From contig JAMOOQ010000051.1 of NCBI GenBank assembly GCA_027100635.1, forward strand, positions 4,459 to 68,458: a stretch of DNA of 64,000 nt, read 5' to 3'. The notes beneath the pieces were generated by a model. That model was given only the letters and a program-made list of their open reading frames with translations. It had not been told where the DNA came from and made no database searches. A program made the translations under genes and the position numbers. The DNA is from Campylobacteraceae bacterium. Its GTDB lineage: Bacteria > Campylobacterota > Campylobacteria > Campylobacterales > Sulfurovaceae. Numbering within the stretch: the first letter of the stretch is position 1; the number at the start of each line of letters is the position of its first letter. Shown here in pieces: positions 1 to 9,075 of this stretch.

Positions 1-900
<900 letters not shown>

Positions 901-1025
901 TTATAAATTCAATGGCACTACCTTATTAAGTGTATATCAACTGTAATCATTACTTAGACTCTTAACAATGTTAAGTTTTTCTCAATACTGAGAGAATTAA
1001 GAACATATTGTGTTTTTAATTCTCT

Positions 1026-1142
1026 TAGTGGTGGGGCTAGAGAGAGGGAAATACCCAGATCCATTCCGAACCTGGAAGTCAAGCCTCTCATCGCCGATAA
1101 TACTGCACCTGTCTGGTGTGGAAATGTAGGTCGCTGCCACTT
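1026..1142 (+). rRNA. rrf: 5S rRNA
   Basis: About 117 nt, roughly 125 nt after the 23S end. Contains the 5S-typical 'ccattccgaacctggaagtcaagc' and 'gccgataatactg' segments. Terminal helix 'agtgg...ccact'. Confidence 0.9.
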
Positions 1143-1330
1143 TGAGATTAACTTTTTATTTATCTTAAAACTTCAACAAACAAAATTAAAATTATTTTAC
1201 TTTACTTTATTATTACTAAATTTATTTTTTGTAGATTTATTAATATTAAATCAATATCTAAGCTAAGACTTGTTAATATAAAAAATTCTCCTTTATTCTA
1301 CAACACCTTAGCCAAAAAAACCCTAAATTA

Positions 1331-1885
1331 TCAAGCCACATCTCCATGAATAATCGAAAATGCAGATACTCTCCAAATTGCCTTATTAATTAAAATATTA
1401 TCCACTTTTTCTCCATATAATTTTAATACTTCTCTAGTATATTTCTCTGCTCTGAAGAGAGATTTAATATCATTTACACTATATTTTAAAAACTTGCTAT
1501 TTGTATGCAAACTATAGCTAATATTATTCATAAACATAGATAAATTCGCAAAATTATGCACTCTTCTTTTCTTAATATTCATAAAATCTTCTAGTCCAAA
1601 ATTCCAAATTATCATAATTTATCTCATCTCCATAAATTCTTTTTCTTCCTCTACTTTTTTGCTCTCCAGTGAATTTTAAATAGAGTTTTGAATTCTTCTG
1701 GTTTACTAATTGTACTTTCATATGCCAGTAAAATTATATTTTTGCCAAGTTTTGGTTTGATTATTTAATAATTCATGCTTAACCAATTCAGTTTCTTGTC
1801 AAAAAATCTCTCTATAGTTTTATAGCTAATGGCATCATTCCATTTTGATATTCCTAACATTGTGACCCTTCCAGTCATTGCTAGG
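1331..1885 (-). mobile_element. Degraded DDE transposase remnant (IS4-superfamily-like), internally deleted with stops
   Basis: Minus-strand translation gives 'MTGRVTMLGISKWNDAISYKTIERFFDKKLNW...IILLAYESTISKPEE'. After stops it gives 'IWNFGLEDFMNIKKRRVHNFANLSMFMNNIS'. From memory these resemble the N-terminal 'GRVTMLG.SRW..GGSYRT.QRFF' and C-terminal 'WGLEDFMNVK' blocks of a DDE transposase family. The catalytic core is missing. Confidence 0.5.
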
Positions 1886-1893
1886 ATTGGTCT

Positions 1894-2298
1894 CTAAGCT
1901 CCCCACTCTTTTACACCCTCTTCAAAATATATCATAACCTCTGTCACAAATTCATTTACACAAATCATACCAGCACAGTTATCTCTAAAAATCTCTCTAT
2001 TAGATAGGTATATTCTTAAAAAATAATCTATCATTTCAGGTTTTGTCATAGCTACCTCAAAATATATAGCTACAATCGCTCTAGTCTTCTCTTTTGTTGA
2101 TATATCTTTTTCATTAATTCTTTGTAACTCTTTGCCTAAATATGCAGATATAAATTTTATAATCTCTTCTGCTAAAATATCTTTAGATTTAAAGTAGTTA
2201 TACATATTCCCTACACTCATTTTAACTGAGATAGCAATATCTGGTATTGTAGTACTATAAAACCCCTTTGAAGCAAAAAGTTCTAAAGCACCTTGCAT
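1894..2298 (-). pseudogene. TetR-family regulator, C-terminally truncated (134 aa)
   Basis: Complete TetR helix-turn-helix 'ALELFASKGFYSTTIPDIAISVKMSVGNMYNYFKSKD'. The ORF stops where the transposase remnant begins. TetR proteins are usually about 190-200 aa. An in-frame TAA lies 6 codons upstream of the ATG. Confidence 0.55.
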
Positions 2299-2397
2299 TA
2301 TCTGCTCTTTTCTTTTTTACTTCTTATCTTCTCTTTTTGTTGACTATTGTATACTCCTTGATGGTAATTATACATCAAAAATCTTGATAATCAACCT

Positions 2398-2739
2398 CTA
2401 TACCATTTCAAGTTGCATAAGATAGATATCTTCTCCATCAATCACATCTAACTCCATAGCATCACAGTTTGGACAATTAAAAATCCCCATCTCTATTTCT
2501 GAAGTTATTTTACATTTTAAACATTTTATAGTAATTGGTTGTATATTGATTATAAACTCTGCATTTTTACATATAGATACCTCTTTGAAAGTATCAAATG
2601 CCACCTCTAAAAGATGAGGTTCAACACCACTCATTACACCAATTTTGACTACAACTTTTGTAATCTCCGTTGAGTTATTAACCCTTGCGTTCTCTTCACA
2701 ACTCTCTATTAATGATTGGACTATACTATATTCGTGCAT
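2398..2739 (-). CDS. hypA: Hydrogenase nickel-insertion protein HypA
   Basis: N-terminus 'MHEYSIVQSL', two CxxC pairs ('CLKC', 'CPNC'), 113 aa, located in the hyp cluster. Confidence 0.9.
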   Translation of the reverse strand: MHEYSIVQSLIESCEENARVNNSTEITKVVVKIGVMSGVEPHLLEVAFDTFKEVSICKNAEFIINIQPITIKCLKCKITSEIEMGIFNCPNCDAMELDVIDGEDIYLMQLEMV

Positions 2740-2748
2740 TTTGAATAC

Positions 2749-4392
2749 CTATTCATTTTTTACTTTATTATATACTTTTAATCTTGTTGGTGTCTTTGTT
2801 GGGCATATCTTCCAGACAAACTCTTCTCTTAGCTTATGAAAAGCTGAACTATCCTCCCAAAATTCTGGATACATTATTTTTATCTCTTCCTCTTTTAGTG
2901 CCTCTATTTTATCTCTATTTTCTTCTAAAAAATCCTGCTTATCCCAAATAAAATCATCATCAAAGCTACTCTTGGCAAATTGGTGTAACTCTTCATAATA
3001 GTTATTATGAGCAAAAACCTCATCAACCATTTTAATCTTTTTGGCATACTCTACTGAAATTGGCAAACACTCATTAAGTAATCTTTGAGCCTCTTTTTTA
3101 CCTACTCTTTTTGGCAGTATATATGTATGATACTCACTTCCACTAAGTCCTAAAGTTTTGTAGTGAGGATTTAGCACACCCCCATCTCTTGCTACTACAA
3201 AATCACATGCTAATCCCAAAAAGACTCCACCTGCCCCACCATTTTTAGCAAATGAGGCAATAGTGATAATCTCATCAGAGAATATAATAGATTTAATAAG
3301 GTCATTTATAGCATTGATATTTGCCCAACCATCTTCACCCTGTTTTTTACTATCTTCTAGGATATTTAAATGTATTCCATTAGAAAAAAAGTCATACCCA
3401 CCCATCAAAATTAATACTTTACATCTACTATTTAGATACTCAATAGCATATTTAAGTCTTATTGCTTGTGCTGTGCTAATTGCCCCATTGTGAAAATTAA
3501 ATTCAAGATAGGCAATATTATCTTTTATCTCTACAGCTGTTTCATAAAAAGTGTTATAGCTTTTATCAAACAGAAGAGATAACCTATCCTCTTTAGTCCC
3601 TTTTATCTTCTCTTTTAGTAGATAAGTAGCAGGAAGTTTAAATCCTCCCACCTCTTTTAGATGAGTAATCCATATAGCTCCATCAATGGTTGCCAAACAG
3701 ATAGCCCCATCTCTTTTTGCCAATATCTCTTTTGGCTCTCCTTTAAATTTATCCTCTTTCCAAGCACCATATAGATAACACTCAACCCCTAAAACATTAT
3801 CCAAAACCCCCTCAACCGAATCACTAGCATATATTTTTTTAATTATTTCATCTGTAATATCTTTTTGCCAATTAATAACTCTCATCTTTTGAGTAAATGG
3901 TTTATGGATAGGGTTTAATATTTGAGGGGTTGATATATTTTTCTCTATATTATAAAAAAGCTCATTGAGTGTAGAGATAGCTACTCTAATCATCTCTTGC
4001 CGATAGATAGAAGCCTTATAACTCTCTCGCATTTTAAAATTAGCACTAGCATAAATATCTCCACCATCATAAAGCCGATTTGCCTTTAACCAAACTCCAC
4101 CCCACTCTCTGACCTTATTAACAATAGCATAATCTAGGCTATAAGCTCCTCTATCTCCTATGGGTGCAGGATGAAATACAAAGGTTGGATAGTTTTCATA
4201 TATCTCTTTGGGGATGTAGCTTTTTAGGAATGGGCAGAGGATTAGTTGAGGGTTAAAAGCTTTTATCTCTTTTATAATTTGGGTTTTGTTTATAGCATAG
4301 ACTATATCTATTTTGTAGCCTCTATCCTTTAGAGTCGTGTGGACTGCTTGGGATAGGGAGTTGTAGGTTGTGATTAGGAGGGTTAGGGTCAT
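2749..4392 (-). CDS. hypX: HypX/HoxX-type hydrogenase maturation factor (formyltransferase-like N-domain plus crotonase-like C-domain)
   Basis: 547 aa. The N-terminal 'LILCPFLKSYIPKEIY...FVFHPAPIGDRGAYSLDYAI' resembles the HoxX transferase domain. The C-terminal 'GGAGGVFLGLACDFVVA' is an enoyl-CoA hydratase-like oxyanion motif. Lies between hypE and hypA. Confidence 0.8.
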   Translation of the reverse strand: MTLTLLITTYNSLSQAVHTTLKDRGYKIDIVYAINKTQIIKEIKAFNPQLILCPFLKSYIPKEIYENYPTFVFHPAPIGDRGAYSLDYAIVNKVREWGGVWLKANRLYDGGDIYASANFKMRESYKASIYRQEMIRVAISTLNELFYNIEKNISTPQILNPIHKPFTQKMRVINWQKDITDEIIKKIYASDSVEGVLDNVLGVECYLYGAWKEDKFKGEPKEILAKRDGAICLATIDGAIWITHLKEVGGFKLPATYLLKEKIKGTKEDRLSLLFDKSYNTFYETAVEIKDNIAYLEFNFHNGAISTAQAIRLKYAIEYLNSRCKVLILMGGYDFFSNGIHLNILEDSKKQGEDGWANINAINDLIKSIIFSDEIITIASFAKNGGAGGVFLGLACDFVVARDGGVLNPHYKTLGLSGSEYHTYILPKRVGKKEAQRLLNECLPISVEYAKKIKMVDEVFAHNNYYEELHQFAKSSFDDDFIWDKQDFLEENRDKIEALKEEEIKIMYPEFWEDSSAFHKLREEFVWKICPTKTPTRLKVYNKVKNE

Positions 4393-4411
4393 TTTATATC
4401 CTTATTATGTT

Positions 4412-4512
4412 GTAGGGTGCAATTCCTATTGCACCATTTTATGTTATATACACAAAAAATTATATTTTCTATAAAATCTAATCTAATTGGTGCGATAGCA
4501 ATCGCACCCTAC
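4412..4512. repeat. Pair of inverted GC-rich hairpin units between hypE and hypX
   Basis: 'gtagggtgcaattcctattgcacc' (4412-4435) and 'ggtgcgatagcaatcgcaccctac' (4489-4512) are reverse complements of each other at 21 of 24 positions. Each is itself an 8-bp stem hairpin. The right unit contains the hypE TAG stop. Confidence 0.7.
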
Positions 4513-5504
4513 TAACAAATCCTAGGCAACAACTCCCCAGTAGGTAAATCCAAAAACCTCTTAGTCCCCCAAGAACTCTTTAATATAACTTTACCTTTAT
4601 ACTCCATTGATACTCTTCCAATTATTGATGAGGTGTTATGGGTCTCTCTTAAAATTTCTAATGCTTTAACCTCATCACTCTTAGGAACTGCTAAAATAAA
4701 TGAACCCTCATTAGCTAAATCCATAGCCTCAAAGCCTAACATTTCGCAAATCCCTCTTACACTATCTTGAATTGGAATTTGCTCCTCTTCTACCTCTATA
4801 CATACATTAGATGCATTAGCCCACTCATTTAAAACAGCACTAACTCCACCTCTTGTAGCATCACGCATAGCGATTATCTCTATACCACTATCTATTAGAG
4901 CTTTAACTTGTGGATATAGAGATGTACAATCTGTTTTTAAATCACTTTCTAATTCAATCCCCTCTCTTGCTGAAAATATTGTAGCTCCGTGGCTTCCAAT
5001 ATCTCGGTTTACCAAGATACTCATATCATCTTTTAAATTACTAGCACTAATTCCACTATACTCTATCTCTCCAATGCCTGTGGTGTTTATAAAAAGCTTA
5101 TCAACTGCACCTTTTGGCACTACTTTAGTATCTCCACTGACAACTATAGCCCCATTAATCTCTAGCTCTTTTTTCATACTTCTTACTATTTTTTCAAGCT
5201 CACGAGTAGAAAAGCCCTCTTCTATGATAACACTACAAGTTAAATATTTTGGTTTTGCTCCCATCATAGCTAAATCATTACAAGTGCCACAGATAGAGAG
5301 TTTACCAATATCTCCACCACTAAAAAAGAGAGGGCTTACTGTAAAGCTATCTGTTGAAAAAGCTAGTTTCCCATCTTCTATTACTGCACTATCTTCACTC
5401 TTTTGTAAAATATCATTTTTAAAGTGTTTGTAGAATATCTTAGATATTAACTCATTATTCTCTTGTCCACCATTTCCGTGGGCTAGGGTTATTGTTTTAT
5501 TCAT
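4512..5504 (-). CDS. hypE: Hydrogenase maturation carbamoyl dehydratase HypE
   Basis: 'ITLAHGNGG' N-terminus, AIR-synthase-like fold motifs, and the diagnostic C-terminal 'PRIC'. Confidence 0.95.
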   Translation of the reverse strand: MNKTITLAHGNGGQENNELISKIFYKHFKNDILQKSEDSAVIEDGKLAFSTDSFTVSPLFFSGGDIGKLSICGTCNDLAMMGAKPKYLTCSVIIEEGFSTRELEKIVRSMKKELEINGAIVVSGDTKVVPKGAVDKLFINTTGIGEIEYSGISASNLKDDMSILVNRDIGSHGATIFSAREGIELESDLKTDCTSLYPQVKALIDSGIEIIAMRDATRGGVSAVLNEWANASNVCIEVEEEQIPIQDSVRGICEMLGFEAMDLANEGSFILAVPKSDEVKALEILRETHNTSSIIGRVSMEYKGKVILKSSWGTKRFLDLPTGELLPRIC

Positions 5505-7252
5505 TGTTGCTCCTCATATAAAATTCCAAAATCTTTCAAAGAATTACGTCCTAATCCATAATATCCAGAAGCATAATTCTTTGCCTTATTTTCAATATAT
5601 TTCCAAAACTCATCACTTTTCATTATCTTTTGAAGTTCTAATAATTCTTCTTTTGAAGAATAAGCACACATACCATTATAAAAATATAAATTTTCATCTT
5701 CACTATAAAAAGTTTTAAATCCTTTTCTAACTAATTGAGGGAAAAAAAGTTTCTCTTTTCTCTTTTCTAAAGATTGACTACGACCAAAAGCATACCAGTC
5801 AGGATATTTCCCTTTTCCTTTATCTCTTAATGCTAATATTTCTTTTTTAGATAATAGATATTTATAAGCTTTTGGATATTTTTTTTTAAATATTTCTTGT
5901 TCTATAAAAACTGCTTGATTAATTTTATTATGTCTATATGGGAATATAATTTTTTCTACTAAACTTTCTAAATTATCATATTTAGCTAATTTATTACTAT
6001 TAATAATATTTTTACAAATACTTTTTTCTATGGCTGTATTTTCATCAATATAATAATATTTTCTATCAGGTTTATTTATTGGTTTAAAAATATATATACT
6101 ATTTTTAAGTGTAGCTATACCACTCTTCGTATCATATATTTCTCCAAAAAGTTTTCCTCTAGCTTCTATTTCTTGAATAAAGTCATTATCTTTTAAACTC
6201 CAACCATTATGAGAATTTAAATTAGCATAATTTTCTTTATTAAAATATATTTGAGTAAGAGGCTCTAAATTATTTTGTTTACTCATAGCATATAATATAT
6301 TTTTACTCTCTATATTCTCAATAAAACAGAGACAAGTATAGGTCAAACGCGATGTAAATATTTGTTCATCTCCAAAATCTATAATCGTTAATTTAACTTT
6401 TTTTTCTTCAAAATATTTACGAATAGCCCGACCATTAACACTATGAATAAAAGTATTCACCGTAATAAAGCCCAAAATTCCTTTAGATTTTAAAAGTTCA
6501 AGTCCTATCTGAAAAAAAGGTATATATAAATCAGGATGTCCTGTTTTGCAAGTAGTCCAATTTTTCATTAATACTTTTGTCTTATCATCCATATTACGAG
6601 AACAGACATAAGGAGGATTACCCAAAATCATATCAAATTCAATCTCTCCCCAGTCAAACTTTAGTGTATCTCCTACATATATATTAAATTCAAAATTCTC
6701 TTTATCTTCACCCTCTGTAATGGCTAAGAGTGATAAAAGTATTTTAGTTCGATCCACACTATAAGATTGAATATCCACACCATAAATATTCTCTTTAAAT
6801 ATTTTTTTATACGATTTACCCGTTTTAGATTTTAACTCTCTAGTTGCATCAATTAAAAATCCACCACAACCACAGGCTATATCTGCAACTTTAATATTAA
6901 TTATAGATTTTTTATTCAATAACTCAAATGATTGCTTAGTAATATACTCTCTTATATTTTTAGGTGTATAAATAGCACCATTGATAAGTTTATCAGATGG
7001 GGAGATAACAAATTCAAAGAGTTCTAGGAGTTCTTCAAAACCCAAAAAATAGTTATTTATTCTTAATATTTCTATAAATTCTAAGAGGCTTACATATTCA
7101 AGTGTATCTTTTTGAATAATTAAACTTTTTATTTTTTTATTTTTAATATTAGTAATATTTTTTTCTAATAAGAAGGCAGATACAATTAATCTATTAATAT
7201 CATATTCATTAGTTCCATACTCTTTTAAAAAATTTAAGATTTCTTTGTTCAA
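5501..7252 (-). CDS. Gamma-class N6-adenine DNA methyltransferase (Eco57I/TaqI-like), no adjacent nuclease
   Basis: SAM motif I 'VADIACGCGGFL' and catalytic motif IV 'GNPPY', followed by a long C-terminal region consistent with a TaqI-like target-recognition domain. TTG start. The stop overlaps the hypE start (ATGA). Confidence 0.85.
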   Translation of the reverse strand: MNKEILNFLKEYGTNEYDINRLIVSAFLLEKNITNIKNKKIKSLIIQKDTLEYVSLLEFIEILRINNYFLGFEELLELFEFVISPSDKLINGAIYTPKNIREYITKQSFELLNKKSIINIKVADIACGCGGFLIDATRELKSKTGKSYKKIFKENIYGVDIQSYSVDRTKILLSLLAITEGEDKENFEFNIYVGDTLKFDWGEIEFDMILGNPPYVCSRNMDDKTKVLMKNWTTCKTGHPDLYIPFFQIGLELLKSKGILGFITVNTFIHSVNGRAIRKYFEEKKVKLTIIDFGDEQIFTSRLTYTCLCFIENIESKNILYAMSKQNNLEPLTQIYFNKENYANLNSHNGWSLKDNDFIQEIEARGKLFGEIYDTKSGIATLKNSIYIFKPINKPDRKYYYIDENTAIEKSICKNIINSNKLAKYDNLESLVEKIIFPYRHNKINQAVFIEQEIFKKKYPKAYKYLLSKKEILALRDKGKGKYPDWYAFGRSQSLEKRKEKLFFPQLVRKGFKTFYSEDENLYFYNGMCAYSSKEELLELQKIMKSDEFWKYIENKAKNYASGYYGLGRNSLKDFGILYEEQQ

Positions 7253-7255
7253 CTT

Positions 7256-7990
7256 TTATCTTTTAATGAGTTGAGGATAAATTTCTTGTGGATTCCAAGG
7301 AGAATTTATTTTTCTATCAAAGTGATTTACTACAGATTGATAATAAGGTAATATAAAATATTCTTGATACTTTTTAATTATTTTAGGATAATTTATATCT
7401 TCTGCTAATAATTCTCTCCACTCTTTTGGAAAAAAATTTGATAACAAAAAATCTAAGCCCAAAATAAATTCCATTGGATGATGTGCAATTCGTGGAGCGT
7501 CAAAAAATAAAGTTTGTCCAATATCAATATCTACTTTTTCAATAAATCTACCTCCAAATTGAAAATGATAAATGGGATGAACTTCTTCAGGAGGATTACC
7601 TCCTTCTATATGTCTATCAAAATGTAGAGAATACCTTAATGCTCTATCTTCAATACATTTACCAATAGCATATATATTAAACTCTAAAGAATTTAAAGGG
7701 TCTTTATTTAATAATAAGTTATCAATATTTCCCTTTACTTTTGTTGCAAATATAATCTTTAAAGTTTTTACTTTTGTTTGAACAAAGTGTTTGGGTATAT
7801 TTTCTTTTACAAAAGTTATTTCTAAAGATTGAGATTCATAGTCTAATTGATTATTATTTTTTAATCCATCAATCACATTATCAAATGCTTGTGTTTTAAT
7901 ATTACTTTTAAATTTTTTATGAATAGATTGTTTTAAAAATTGTAAATCTTTAATCATTCCACGAATAATCTTCTGTTCCTCTTTTGACAT
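7256..7990 (-). CDS. Hypothetical 244-aa protein of the hyp-embedded cassette, His-rich conserved-looking patch
   Basis: Uninterrupted ORF translationally coupled to both neighbours (TAATG overlap upstream, 3-nt gap downstream). No family recognised. Notable patch 'HFDRHIEGGNPPEEVHPIYHFQFGG...APRIAHHPMEF'. Confidence 0.6.
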   Translation of the reverse strand: MSKEEQKIIRGMIKDLQFLKQSIHKKFKSNIKTQAFDNVIDGLKNNNQLDYESQSLEITFVKENIPKHFVQTKVKTLKIIFATKVKGNIDNLLLNKDPLNSLEFNIYAIGKCIEDRALRYSLHFDRHIEGGNPPEEVHPIYHFQFGGRFIEKVDIDIGQTLFFDAPRIAHHPMEFILGLDFLLSNFFPKEWRELLAEDINYPKIIKKYQEYFILPYYQSVVNHFDRKINSPWNPQEIYPQLIKR

Positions 7991-9075
7991 TATAATTCCA
8001 TATCTTCAATAGCATTAAATAATTCTTCCTTATCTATAGAATGAATTTTTATATTTTTCTCTTCTAGCTTTCCTTCTAAAAAAGCATCTAATGAAAAATA
8101 CTCATACTCTTGCCATGATTTAGGTTCTTTAGTAGAATAAACTCTAAATCCTTCCATAACATCTAAAGGTCTATTATAAGCTTTACAAACAGTGGAATAA
8201 AAAAAGCTATGATTATGTTTTATTGGTTCAGAATATTTTATATTTTCACTTTGAAGCATCTCATTAAATTTATTTATTTTCTCTTTTGCATTTAATTGAG
8301 CTAAATAATGACCTGTAATTTTATTGAATATACTATCAATATCATTTATCCACCATCTATCCCAAGCTTCACAAAATACCCCTTTATATTTTGCATTTTC
8401 AAATAATTCTTTAATTTTATTCCAATCTTCTATATTAGTATTTAATTTATCTACTCCTAACCTTGAAGCTAAAATATCTTCATTAATTAAAACACCTGTT
8501 ATAAATATTAATTCTTTTAAAATAAATTGTGCATATTCATGAATAGGTATCTTAGATTTTTCTTCTAAAAATCTTGATAAAATTTCATTTTGTAAATTAG
8601 ATAATTTATCTACTCCCATTAACTTTGTTATATTATCTTGATTTTTTTCTATTTTAATATACCCTTTTGCTAAAGCAGATAACTCCTTAGAAGCATTTTT
8701 ATGAGTATTAACTTTTCTTATATAACTATCAAATAAATTATGACTACTTAAATCAGTAGCATATACTTGTTGTAACTTTTCATCAGTAGAGAAAAGAATA
8801 ATGGGTAAATCTTTTGTTAATTCTCCTTTTGTAACTAAAGTTCTAATATGTTGAGCAAACTCTGTTGCTGTAAAATCAGAACTATTTGGAGTATCATCAA
8901 GTCTCAAATCAAGTAAAATACCATCATAATTTACTAAATTATTTTTAATATATTCTGTAGTAAATTCAGAAACATGCTTATATTCTACGCTAACATTTTC
9001 ACTAGATAATCCATCAGCCAAAGCTTCTGATGTATATTTGCCTTCATCATCTATATATAAATATTTATATTGCAT
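7990..9075 (-). CDS. Receiver (REC) domain protein with an uncharacterised ~230-aa C-terminal domain
   Basis: REC signature residues read in order: 'YLYIDDE' (acidic pair), 'GILLDLRL' (phospho-acceptor Asp), 'PIILFST' (Ser/Thr), 'FDSYIRK' (Lys). No AAA+ or HTH motifs seen downstream. I prefer the ATG at 9075 ('MQYKYLYIDDE') over the ORF-track start at 9108. Confidence 0.7.
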   Translation of the reverse strand: MQYKYLYIDDEGKYTSEALADGLSSENVSVEYKHVSEFTTEYIKNNLVNYDGILLDLRLDDTPNSSDFTATEFAQHIRTLVTKGELTKDLPIILFSTDEKLQQVYATDLSSHNLFDSYIRKVNTHKNASKELSALAKGYIKIEKNQDNITKLMGVDKLSNLQNEILSRFLEEKSKIPIHEYAQFILKELIFITGVLINEDILASRLGVDKLNTNIEDWNKIKELFENAKYKGVFCEAWDRWWINDIDSIFNKITGHYLAQLNAKEKINKFNEMLQSENIKYSEPIKHNHSFFYSTVCKAYNRPLDVMEGFRVYSTKEPKSWQEYEYFSLDAFLEGKLEEKNIKIHSIDKEELFNAIEDMEL

